Below are positions 1-8,019 of a stretch of DNA of 43,840 nt, in pieces; the stretch's first letter is position 1; every line of letters begins with the position of its first letter. This DNA comes from a virus (taxonomy: Duplodnaviria; Caudoviricetes): IMG/VR virus record IMGVR_UViG_3300031949_000077, positions 1 through 43,840 of that record; one strand, 5' to 3'. The notes beneath the pieces are model-generated. The model saw only the letters and a program-made list of their open reading frames with translations, had not been told where the DNA came from and made no database searches. A program made the position numbers and the translations under genes.

Positions 1-132
1 TATCTCCATGATATCAGCAGCAGTGCCTTGGACTGGTGTGTTAATGGCTTTACGCTCCGCTGATGCTCTTAAATAAAAGTCTTTGGAGGCAGCTTCCGGT
101 AAAAACCGTTTCCGGCCATACAAGGTCTCAAC
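1..132. repeat. Terminal direct repeat (circular assembly overlap), left copy
   Basis: 1-132 matches 43709-43840 except position 6 (C) vs 43714 (T); it lies mid-gene in PolA, as expected for an assembly overlap. Confidence 0.97.
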
Positions 133-1620
133 ATACCCATCTGTTCTAGCATCTGCTATAGTCTGTCTTTGCCACTCTCTAACCTTAGGAATGTTCTCCC
201 AACACTTATCCATCATTCTCTGTGCTTCCTCTACGCTACACTTAAAAACGCCAGCTAGTTTTTTAGCCTGAGCTCCATAAGACAAGGCTAAGTAAAATGT
301 TTTCCCGATTTCCCGTCCTTCGGGTAAGTGTTCCCATTTAGTTCCTTTGATAAGAGCAACGTACATGTCTTTGCCTGTGTTAAAGACATCTTGGAGGTAC
401 TCATCTCCTGACAGATGGGCAAGCACTCGGGGTTCTACTTGACTAAAGTCAGCCACTACCAAAACTTTGCCAGTGTCTGGAATAAACAACTCTCTGACTT
501 TTTTAGCTACGTGCGACCGTCTTGGGATCTGCTGTAAATTTGGGTTTGCACAAGAGAGCCTTCCAGTACTGATACCGGAGAGTTCCTCGTCTTTATATCG
601 TACCTGGTTAAATGTCGGGTAAACTCTAGGTAAAGTAGGTAGTTCTAACAAAGGATGCATGAACGAAGTACTAAGTTTCTTTAGCTGAGAGTATTCCAAT
701 AACAAGTCAATGAACGGATCACCTTTGTATCTCTCTAACACTGCTTTCTTTGTACTTTTATTGCCTTTCGATGTTTCAGGGAGCCAGAATCCCCGTTCCA
801 CAAGAATAGGGGCTAGCTGTTTACTAGAACCGATGTTGATCCCAGGCGCATACTGCTCACAGCTTTTAAGAATATCTACTAAGCGTTCAGTAACCTCTGT
901 ATCAAGTGCTCTGAGCTTCTCTACATCTAAAAGAATGCCTCTGTTTTCCATGTCAAAGAGTGTTCTCATTGTCGGCAGTTCAATATCTTGGTAGACAGAG
1001 AGTAAGGGGCCAACTAAGCCATTATTTAGGGTCTGATACAGCTTACTAGTGGCGATCACATCACTACAGCAATACTCTGCTACCTGCTCAGTAGGAATGT
1101 GGTCTAAAGTAGTCCTGGTTGTTTTGTATGTCCGCACTATTTGCGGAGAATCTAGTTTTATTCTCCGCTTTTTGCCTTGGTCATCAACTGTAGTCTCAAA
1201 TTTCTTGGTACTCACTTTCTCTTCTTGTACCGAAGTAATTTCTTTGTATGTTTTCCACTCCATCCCACATAATTCTGATGCCAGAGCTTTAAGGGAATGA
1301 GACCGAGAAGACCCATAAATACAGTAAGACATTAACATGGTATCGTGTAAGACGTTAGCTGACGTTAGCTTAATGCCCCACTTCTGTAATAGCTTCAGGT
1401 CGAACTTAATATTATGCCCTATTAGGTATAATTTTGGGAAATTGTGCCTTAAATGGTCACTAATCGTGGTGCTATAGTACACGTCTTTTGTACCCAATTG
1501 GGTATAACCAATACCAACACAGTTGTCTTGCTCATCCGTCTCTACGTCCACAAAGAGAGGGAGAGAGGGGTCGAACAAACATTCTTCGTTGATATGAAGG
1601 TTATAGCCAAAAACTTGCAT
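1..1620 (-). CDS. polA: Family A DNA polymerase, N-terminal 540 codons; continues across the junction into 43708..43487 (~613 aa total)
   Basis: Manual translation (absent from the ORF track because it runs off the edge): ATG at 1620; ExoI FVDVETD, ExoII GHNIKFD, ExoIII YCCSD; TGRLSCANPNLQQIP; motif A ADFSQVEPR; motif B REIGKTFYLALSYG; INTPVQGTAADIM. Confidence 0.95.
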   Translation of the reverse strand, partial: MQVFGYNLHINEECLFDPSLPLFVDVETDEQDNCVGIGYTQLGTKDVYYSTTISDHLRHNFPKLYLIGHNIKFDLKLLQKWGIKLTSANVLHDTMLMSYCIYGSSRSHSLKALASELCGMEWKTYKEITSVQEEKVSTKKFETTVDDQGKKRRIKLDSPQIVRTYKTTRTTLDHIPTEQVAEYCCSDVIATSKLYQTLNNGLVGPLLSVYQDIELPTMRTLFDMENRGILLDVEKLRALDTEVTERLVDILKSCEQYAPGINIGSSKQLAPILVERGFWLPETSKGNKSTKKAVLERYKGDPFIDLLLEYSQLKKLSTSFMHPLLELPTLPRVYPTFNQVRYKDEELSGISTGRLSCANPNLQQIPRRSHVAKKVRELFIPDTGKVLVVADFSQVEPRVLAHLSGDEYLQDVFNTGKDMYVALIKGTKWEHLPEGREIGKTFYLALSYGAQAKKLAGVFKCSVEEAQRMMDKCWENIPKVREWQRQTIADARTDGYVETLYGRKRFLPEAASKDFYLRASAERKAINTPVQGTAADIMEI

Positions 1621-1793
1621 TATTTTGCCTCGGGTTTCTTAGCTGCGTTTAGCTTAACCTGGTCAAAAAACAGCTTGTTAACCAGAACCCATTGATCAAT
1701 TAAACCTAACAGCTGTCCTTGAGTATTAACTAGCGCTGTCAATCGGTCAACATGCGCTTGCATTTCGTCTAGTTTAGCCTTCTTGGTCGTCAT
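1620..1793 (-). CDS. Hypothetical protein (57 aa)
   Basis: Manual ORF MTTKKAKLDEMQ...PEAK; GAGGAGG RBS; TAATG stop/start overlap with polA. Confidence 0.65.
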   Translation of the reverse strand: MTTKKAKLDEMQAHVDRLTALVNTQGQLLGLIDQWVLVNKLFFDQVKLNAAKKPEAK

Positions 1794-1909
1794 GCTTGCT
1801 TACCTCCTCGTAGATATCTCCAATAACTTCATTTACTGCTTGCTCGTGTGCGTGAATATTGCTGTACTCAATCCCAGCTCGTTTCTGCTTTGCTAGCTCC
1901 GTGACTCTC

Positions 1910-2266
1910 TCAATCAGTTTTTTTAGGTTGCTTGTCAGCTGCATTTAATCTCCCCCAGACATACTCAGCACCTGCTATATTGAAATAGACAGCTGCAGCA
2001 TGATCTTCCTCGATATTCTCCCCATTGAACCACTGCATGAAATGGCGGAAAGCACTCTCTTTGAATCTGTTTAGCTCTTCTGCTCCATTTGCCAATTTCC
2101 AGTTATGATCTCCATATTTCTCTGCGCCTCTTCCCATCAGCTCAGCCCATCTTTTAAGCATACCCATGTCAACTAGATCATATCTAACTTTAGATGTTTG
2201 AGAGTCTCTTTTCATTCCTGATGCAAATTCTTTCCTGTCTCCACTGTCCTTAGTTATGTATTCCAT
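1910..2266 (-). CDS. dATP/dGTP diphosphohydrolase-domain protein (DUF5664-like)
   Basis: KDSG..EF.SG..RD...K.RYDL, GAEKYGDHNW, SAFRH, EDHAAAVYFN pattern; start placed at MEYITK behind a GAGGAG RBS (an in-frame upstream Cys-rich extension is possible). Confidence 0.8.
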   Translation of the reverse strand: MEYITKDSGDRKEFASGMKRDSQTSKVRYDLVDMGMLKRWAELMGRGAEKYGDHNWKLANGAEELNRFKESAFRHFMQWFNGENIEEDHAAAVYFNIAGAEYVWGRLNAADKQPKKTD

Positions 2267-2351
2267 GTAAATATTCTCCTCATACTTTGTTAAGCATCTA
2301 ATACACCTGCACTTTAATCTGTACGAGTAACTTGGGGATAGTTTAGGGTTC

Positions 2352-2600
2352 TTACAACCAGACTGTTCCATTTTCCTTTTCCTTTTTGTCCTCGTAACCT
2401 GCGATCTTCTTGCGATACATCTCCAACTTAGCTCCCTCAAGAGCACCAAGAATGTCATTATATGTCTGGTAACACTCCCCTCTAAGTTCTTTATACTCTT
2501 GACACAGCTGGGTAATATGGTAGTTTAAGTCTCCTGGTGTCGTCATACTAAGTAATTTATGATGAAATGCATTACGTCTTGTTTGCTCTATGTAGGGCAT
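2352..2600 (-). CDS. Conserved phage protein (DUF6899-like)
   Basis: MPYI...PGDLNYHIT...YNDILGALEGAKLEMYR...YEDKK..ENG pattern; AGGAG RBS. Confidence 0.7.
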   Translation of the reverse strand: MPYIEQTRRNAFHHKLLSMTTPGDLNYHITQLCQEYKELRGECYQTYNDILGALEGAKLEMYRKKIAGYEDKKEKENGTVWL

Positions 2601-2610
2601 AGTATTTCTC

Positions 2611-2829
2611 CTATTTTGGCTTAAATTGGTCTTTACAATCAGGACACAATAACCGCTGGTTACCAAACAGCCACAGCACTTCCCATTGGCATTCAGGCAC
2701 TTCTTTCCATAACTTTACTTCATACAGCTGACTGCCCAAGCAGAATGGCGTTACACGCAGGGCCATTAGTTTTACTTTTTTGGTTTTTTGACAATTGTCG
2801 CATTCAAGGACAGAATTAACGTATAACAT
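2611..2829 (-). CDS. Small Zn-ribbon hypothetical protein
   Basis: CDNC and CPDC pairs; AGGAG RBS. Confidence 0.6.
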   Translation of the reverse strand: MLYVNSVLECDNCQKTKKVKLMALRVTPFCLGSQLYEVKLWKEVPECQWEVLWLFGNQRLLCPDCKDQFKPK

Positions 2830-2904
2830 ATAACTCCTATTTCTTCGTAGCTAGTTCTATAATTCTTTGGCAGTAATCACAAACAATACTGGTTTTGGTT
2901 CCAT

Positions 2905-3708
2905 TTACTTCCTAATATATTTGTCGTACTTCTGCTTGAAGTTTGCTGTCTCTAAACATCTAACAAACTGCTCTTTTAGTAGTTTCATACAAGTCTTATT
3001 TTTGATACCTAGCGTGTTTGACAATTGTGTTAGGTTTCGAGTACTCAGCTTACCTGTTTTCTTGTCAAATCGAACTATCTCGATGTCCTCGACGACGATT
3101 CCTAGCCACTCTTCGATAGCGATACAGTATGCAGCTAACTGAATAAACTGAGTGATAAAGAAACCGCTACTGGTTTTATAGTCAGACAAAGTTATGACAC
3201 CATTACGCTTGGCTAGTCTGTCAAACCGGCCAGCAAATATGTATTTAGGAGAACAAACTAATTCTTCGAGCAGTAAGACTTCGTCATCTAGCTTACTTTG
3301 CCACTCTTTAAACTGCCGGAGAGCTGTAAAGACTGCCTTACGCTGCTCACTGGTCAACTGTTCTAAATGCTCTTTGAGTCTGAAAGGCTTTTTAGCTTCG
3401 TAGTGATAGGCATAATCATGGACAATAGTCCCAATGTCACCAGCTGCTTCTAATGCTATTTTGTACGCATCAGGTGAAGCATCAATTAGCTGCTTGACAA
3501 GAGCGCTATCTAGTACGGCTCCCGACAAACAATCAATAACGTACTTAGCTCCTTCTTTAACTTGCCAATCAATCAGGTGCTTTGACTTAGGGTAACCAAT
3601 GCTCAAGATGGTGGTTACACCTGTTAACGGCTTACCATCTAGGCTGTAGAGGTGCTTCTCTTCATCGTGCTCAAGAAGGTGGTCGTTGTGTTCACTCTTT
3701 ATGAGCAT
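2905..3708 (-). CDS. PD-(D/E)XK exonuclease
   Basis: GVTTIL, GTIVH, E..., AGRFD, DYKTS, QLAAY motifs. Confidence 0.85.
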   Translation of the reverse strand: MLIKSEHNDHLLEHDEEKHLYSLDGKPLTGVTTILSIGYPKSKHLIDWQVKEGAKYVIDCLSGAVLDSALVKQLIDASPDAYKIALEAAGDIGTIVHDYAYHYEAKKPFRLKEHLEQLTSEQRKAVFTALRQFKEWQSKLDDEVLLLEELVCSPKYIFAGRFDRLAKRNGVITLSDYKTSSGFFITQFIQLAAYCIAIEEWLGIVVEDIEIVRFDKKTGKLSTRNLTQLSNTLGIKNKTCMKLLKEQFVRCLETANFKQKYDKYIRK

Positions 3709-4137
3709 TTAGAAGTATCCCCTATCTTCAATACCTTTCAAAAGAACATCTGCTTTGCTTAGGATCTCCTCAGCTGACAGACTGGTGTGGGCTAGCCCAG
3801 CAACCATCAAGCTAAATGTCTTGCCTTTAGCTTCTTTGATGAAGTCTCTCTTAGGCTGCACAAATCCTTTGTCATCTCCGGCCACTGATTTAGACTCTGT
3901 CGGTGGTGCTGGAAGTCTGCGTTTAGGACTCTCGCCTTTCGCTATAATGTCTGTGATGTAGTTTGTCTTGCCAGACTCTGAACTATATCCTTTAACATTA
4001 ACTACCAAGTTTTCAGGGAAGTTATTTAGACTTAAACCATCTCCCACTGGTTTATAAAACTTCTTATCAGAAGCTCTAAATGCCCCGTAGTTAGCATGCT
4101 TTTCAACTGTCACTTCTCTTTCGAACGATGTGTTCAT
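3709..4137 (-). CDS. Hypothetical protein, possibly ssDNA-binding/annealing protein
   Basis: Beta-rich N-terminus, Pro-rich linker and helical C-terminus; abuts the exonuclease; function inferred from context only. Confidence 0.4.
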   Translation of the reverse strand: MNTSFEREVTVEKHANYGAFRASDKKFYKPVGDGLSLNNFPENLVVNVKGYSSESGKTNYITDIIAKGESPKRRLPAPPTESKSVAGDDKGFVQPKRDFIKEAKGKTFSLMVAGLAHTSLSAEEILSKADVLLKGIEDRGYF

Positions 4138-4565
4138 TATTTTGTTACTCCTTTTGTTTTGTCATAGCTTCTGTACGCCCCAAGCCCCAGTAAACCGAAC
4201 AGCATTGTATTTAACACCTCAGACGGTAGCGGCGGTGGTGTGGGAATTTCAACGCCTGAAAGCTGTAAAATCCAGCTGATGTATGGCAAGACAATGCTAA
4301 AACCAAAACCAATAACACAGATCCACATGGCCGAGGGTCTAGCATACGACTTAAAACCACTGTCACTTTGAGCATCTATCTTGTTAACTTCGGACTGAGC
4401 GATATCAGAGCTAACTAAGGCTTCAATTAGTTTTGTTTCTTGTTCTGCTAGTTTAAGTTCTAGCTCACCGAGCAGCTTAGCCTTGTCGCCTTTGTTGGTT
4501 AAAAATTTGTTCAACAGCTTACCTACTATGGGAACTACTGCTCCTACTAGTGCTGGTACAGGCAT
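4137..4565 (-). CDS. Holin, GTA-type 3TM family
   Basis: EVNK.DAQS...F....RP...W and LFGLLGLGAYRSYDK.KG signature; hydrophobic segments. Confidence 0.85.
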   Translation of the reverse strand: MPVPALVGAVVPIVGKLLNKFLTNKGDKAKLLGELELKLAEQETKLIEALVSSDIAQSEVNKIDAQSDSGFKSYARPSAMWICVIGFGFSIVLPYISWILQLSGVEIPTPPPLPSEVLNTMLFGLLGLGAYRSYDKTKGVTK

Positions 4566-4684
4566 TATTCTTCCTCCACATATTCAAGATATTCTAGGGT
4601 AACGTGCCCTAGTTTTTTATGTTCTTCATACTCTTCTTTGGTTAATTCTATGTAGCAGGTTAAGCATCGGAATTTATCATCCAT
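4565..4684 (-). CDS. Tiny Cys/His hypothetical protein (39 aa)
   Basis: Manual ORF MDDKFRCLTC...EEHKKLGH; TAATG overlap with the holin; AGGGGG RBS. Confidence 0.5.
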   Translation of the reverse strand: MDDKFRCLTCYIELTKEEYEEHKKLGHVTLEYLEYVEEE

Positions 4685-4693
4685 ATGGCCCCC

Positions 4694-4996
4694 TTACTTT
4701 CTCTTCGAAAACCTGTAAATAGCGTATGAGTAACTAGGAGTGTTTATTTCACATCGAAATTGTCTCATTAAATCTAGCTCCCAGGCTGTTAACAGCCATC
4801 CCATGCTATAGCCGAACATGAGGGGTTCGGACATAATCGAAACAGCATACACCAAGCAACTTGAATAGGCTGCCCACTGAATTAGCCACATCGGCAAGCT
4901 CATACTCGAAACGTCCCTAGCTTTTTTAGTTGTGTAGATTTGTGGAACGTAACAAATCATGAAAAGAATGGTGCCGACCCAGCCAAAATATTCCAT
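4694..4996 (-). CDS. PQ-loop / SemiSWEET-like membrane protein
   Basis: GWVGTILFMICYVPQIYTTKKARDVSSMS; three predicted TM helices; ~100 aa. Confidence 0.85.
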   Translation of the reverse strand: MEYFGWVGTILFMICYVPQIYTTKKARDVSSMSLPMWLIQWAAYSSCLVYAVSIMSEPLMFGYSMGWLLTAWELDLMRQFRCEINTPSYSYAIYRFSKRK

Positions 4997-5007
4997 TGTG
5001 TTACCCT

Positions 5008-5526
5008 CTATAACCATAGACTTTTAATCTGTAAGGCAATCAATTTCGGGATGCCAAATATGATGTGGTTTAGCTTCCACATCATCCACTTACGTCTGGT
5101 TCCCCAGCGTCTTTTAATGAACACGCCTGCTTGTCTAATATTTGAGGCAATAAAATCATCTTCGATGTCAGAAATACTATATGTATGTCCCGGACTCTTC
5201 ACTCTGATCGTAGGTCTCCAGGCATACCATCTCATGTAGCCTCTCTCAATACTCACACCCTCACTATGTAAATCTCCGTCAATATCTAGGATCACATGAC
5301 ACTTGCCCATGCCCGTTTTCTTGTCAATCAACCATTTCGCTATGAGGTCTTCTTTCGAAGTAACACCTAAAAACTTATTGGAGCAGGGTACCTTTTCTTC
5401 GATAACTGGGCTCCACACCTCAAGCCCCAAACTCTCAAGAATCTTTTTTGCAGATGCTGATTTTTTAACAATGTCTTTACACTTTAAACCAGTCATTTTA
5501 GCTGCTAAGTATACTTTTATCTTCAT
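5008..5526 (-). CDS. Nucleoside 2-deoxyribosyltransferase / dNMP N-glycosidase-like protein
   Basis: KVYLAAKMTG, GLEVWSP, D..., SEGVSIERGY (catalytic Glu motif SxGxxxExG). Confidence 0.75.
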   Translation of the reverse strand: MKIKVYLAAKMTGLKCKDIVKKSASAKKILESLGLEVWSPVIEEKVPCSNKFLGVTSKEDLIAKWLIDKKTGMGKCHVILDIDGDLHSEGVSIERGYMRWYAWRPTIRVKSPGHTYSISDIEDDFIASNIRQAGVFIKRRWGTRRKWMMWKLNHIIFGIPKLIALQIKSLWL

Positions 5527-5696
5527 GCCCTTCCCCCGTACAACTGTTTTTGTATACGAGCTAACTCAGATCTAATGGCGTACAAAGCACTTCGAAGTTT
5601 CCAATGCGTAGGCTCGACTTCCTGCGTTTTGGGTTTTACAAACCAGCGCATCCCATACACATCTCGCACAATTACTTTCTTTTTATTTTTGTTCAT
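5523..5696 (-). CDS. Hypothetical protein (57 aa)
   Basis: Manual ORF with ATGA overlaps at both ends. Confidence 0.55.
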   Translation of the reverse strand: MNKNKKKVIVRDVYGMRWFVKPKTQEVEPTHWKLRSALYAIRSELARIQKQLYGGRA

Positions 5697-7261
5697 ACAT
5701 ATCCTCTAAATTGAACCTCAGCACTTTGATCTTTCACAATGTCATCAATACTCACAATAAATGGGCGTTGGCGTATTGCCCATGAGGTCTTTGAGTGGAA
5801 CACTTTTAGTTGACCATCAACCATTTTGAAGGATAGCTGGGTATCCACCACGTTGCGTTTTGACTTACTTCCTCGGACATCATTTCCTAAATATTCTTCG
5901 TTAATAATAACCTTGCCTTGTCTGTCCATTGCTGCTTGCTTCTCATGATCAATAATAATAAAAGTTGTGTTGTACTTCTTGCGCATAAACTTTAGCAGGT
6001 CGTATATCTTTAAAATATCTGTTACGTCGTTTTCTTTGCCGGTTAAAAAATCTGCGAACGCATCTAAAATAACTACGTCAGGCTGGTGCTTTTCTAACAA
6101 CAAAGAGAATACTTTTATCCCCCGTTCCCTGTCTAACTTCATACCCTTTTGGAAGGAAAACGTGAGTTGTTCCCGCTTCGGTACATATCCTTTGGCATTG
6201 GTTAAAAGTCTCAGCCTCTTCTTGAAGAATTCTTTGGGCTTTTCTTCGTCGATGTAAAGAACCTTCGATTGTCTTGCTGGAAATTCCCCTAACCATTTTC
6301 CACCTCTTGTAAGTTCTATTGCAAGATCTAACGCTAGCCATGTTTTTCCTTTCTCTGCTTCTCCGCACAGCAACACCATTCCACACTTAGGCATGTACGG
6401 CTCAACAATCCATTCGGGCTCTGGTACGGTTTCTAGTACGTCCCCAACACTGAAAACTTCTTCGTCATTCTCTGTAACTTCTTCACTGAACGTAGATGTA
6501 TACACACCTTTTTTAAATCTATCCTGTATATCTGCTAACTGCTCCGCTAACTCTTCCTCTTTTAGTGGCGGTGTGTTTTTCTCATTCCAATCTCTTATGT
6601 GTTGCTCTGCTACATCTTGAGGCATACGGCTTAAATAGTATGATGCTAACTTAACTAATGCTCCGTGTCTCTCCCCTTCTCCTACACCAGCGAGAATGTC
6701 TGATAACCAATGATTTTGCTCCGTTGTTTGGGTTTGTTTAGATGAAGTTGTCTTGTTTATAAGCAACTCAATTAACCATTTTGGAGTTTCGGCTAAATCA
6801 TAGTCGTAAGGACTATTAACCCATTGATAATCATCGTGCCCGTTTACTGATACAACATATCCCGCCTGTCCTCGGACATCAACCTTCGGCAAGATACCGG
6901 CTAGAGTCGTTGGAACATTTTCTAACTCTTTTGGAAAATTAAAGTAGTAGTGATACCCCCCTCTTGGTGTTTGAACTTGCCAGGTTTTACTCATCTGATT
7001 AGTACCTTGTAGCTCAATTAAATATTTTGTAAGGGACTGCTTCCCCTCCTCTCCGTCAACGTCTAAAACTAAAAGACCTGATGCCTTACCTGTAATGATT
7101 CCTATCCTAGCCCCTGGAAACTTAGCAAACCAGCCCCTTACCAAATCCTTAGGCGGTCTGGTGTTTTGATAGCTGTCCCATTTAACTAACGCCCGTTTTT
7201 CCTTCAGAGGAATTGGCATTAGTCCACTATCATAATAAGAAAGTGCAAGTAAGCTACTCAC
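5693..7261 (-). CDS. Bifunctional primase-polymerase + PriCT-1 + RecA-type (AAA_25) helicase
   Basis: IGIITG..SGLLVLDVD, TPRGGYHYY, VDVRG..GYVV; GEGERHGAL..WN....PPL..EE; Walker A GEAEKGKT, Walker B VILD; GTG start with AGGAGG RBS. Confidence 0.92.
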   Translation of the reverse strand: MSSLLALSYYDSGLMPIPLKEKRALVKWDSYQNTRPPKDLVRGWFAKFPGARIGIITGKASGLLVLDVDGEEGKQSLTKYLIELQGTNQMSKTWQVQTPRGGYHYYFNFPKELENVPTTLAGILPKVDVRGQAGYVVSVNGHDDYQWVNSPYDYDLAETPKWLIELLINKTTSSKQTQTTEQNHWLSDILAGVGEGERHGALVKLASYYLSRMPQDVAEQHIRDWNEKNTPPLKEEELAEQLADIQDRFKKGVYTSTFSEEVTENDEEVFSVGDVLETVPEPEWIVEPYMPKCGMVLLCGEAEKGKTWLALDLAIELTRGGKWLGEFPARQSKVLYIDEEKPKEFFKKRLRLLTNAKGYVPKREQLTFSFQKGMKLDRERGIKVFSLLLEKHQPDVVILDAFADFLTGKENDVTDILKIYDLLKFMRKKYNTTFIIIDHEKQAAMDRQGKVIINEEYLGNDVRGSKSKRNVVDTQLSFKMVDGQLKVFHSKTSWAIRQRPFIVSIDDIVKDQSAEVQFRGYV

Positions 7262-7288
7262 TTTAGATCAGTTCCTCCTGTAGTCTCT

Positions 7289-7322
7289 ACTATACCTCGT
7301 CAAATAGCCAATATTCACCAAA
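7289..7322 (-). promoter_or_regulatory. Putative phage-activated promoter, copy A (replication/lysis operon)
   Basis: TTTGGTGAATATTGGCTATTTGACGAGGTATAGT; 29/34 identical to 12383-12416; ends in -10-like TATAGT just upstream of the primase RBS. Confidence 0.75.
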
Positions 7323-7815
7323 GTTGTAACAGCTTTTTGAGTTTCTTTCCTATTTTTATTACCTGATTATCTACTGTTTTAGTATTTGTACCTATTAATC
7401 GTGCTATTTGTGACGTATTTAATTTTTGATAAAATACACCCTGAAATATATCATACTGTTGCGTTGATAATATCTTTTTAACCATACCTGTTTTAACTAC
7501 ACCATTTAGCTTTGACAATCGCTGAACATATTTATTCTGTGTTTCTTTGTCATGATCGGCTAGACGTTGTGCAAAGCTTTCGATACTCTCAGTGGTAGCT
7601 ACTTGGAGGTTAGTTCCGTTGTCCGAGCCATAGTCTAAACTAAGGTGGTGTCCGTTTGGATTGGGGTTATCGTAATCAATGTGCCCCACTTCCTGCTCCG
7701 CAGGATCAGCCCCAGGAAAATGATCCCTGCAATAGGCGTCATCTCCAGGCCAGTAAAGTCTGTTTGTCCGTGTCGCTTTTTTGTGGCATATAGAACACTC
7801 TAATTTATATTCCAT
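7315..7815 (-). CDS. Transcriptional regulator with N-terminal Zn finger and C-terminal sigma70 region-4-like HTH
   Basis: CSIC...CRDH; LSTQQYDIF...LNTSQIARLIGTNTKTVDNQVIKIGKKLK; AAGGAG RBS. Confidence 0.75.
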   Translation of the reverse strand: MEYKLECSICHKKATRTNRLYWPGDDAYCRDHFPGADPAEQEVGHIDYDNPNPNGHHLSLDYGSDNGTNLQVATTESIESFAQRLADHDKETQNKYVQRLSKLNGVVKTGMVKKILSTQQYDIFQGVFYQKLNTSQIARLIGTNTKTVDNQVIKIGKKLKKLLQLW

Positions 7816-7816
7816 C

Positions 7817-7996
7817 TTAATTCTCCTTAATCCCCAAATTTTTGTTGCCTCTGTACACAGGTAAACTCTCAATCCACATATACGTATCCACCCACGAATC
7901 TACCCACCAAGGTGTGGGTAACGGCGAAAAGTTATAAGTAGGCCATGGCAATTCTGACCAGTTGGAATACTCGTCATCTTCATATGGATCAACCAT
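7817..7996 (-). CDS. Hypothetical Trp/Pro-rich protein (59 aa)
   Basis: ORF; start placed at MVDPY behind a GAGGAGG RBS. Confidence 0.55.
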   Translation of the reverse strand: MVDPYEDDEYSNWSELPWPTYNFSPLPTPWWVDSWVDTYMWIESLPVYRGNKNLGIKEN

Positions 7997-8019
7997 TGGT
8001 TGCCTCCTCTTAGTGTATG

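Noticed and set aside
83-1695. Plus-strand ORFs at 83, 710, 1049 and 1453
   Set aside because: Antisense shadows of the minus-strand polA gene that the ORF track missed
1910-2458. 2-aminoadenine (Z) genome system
   Set aside because: A diphosphohydrolase-like gene is present, but no PurZ or HD-domain dATPase was recognised in an apparently complete genome
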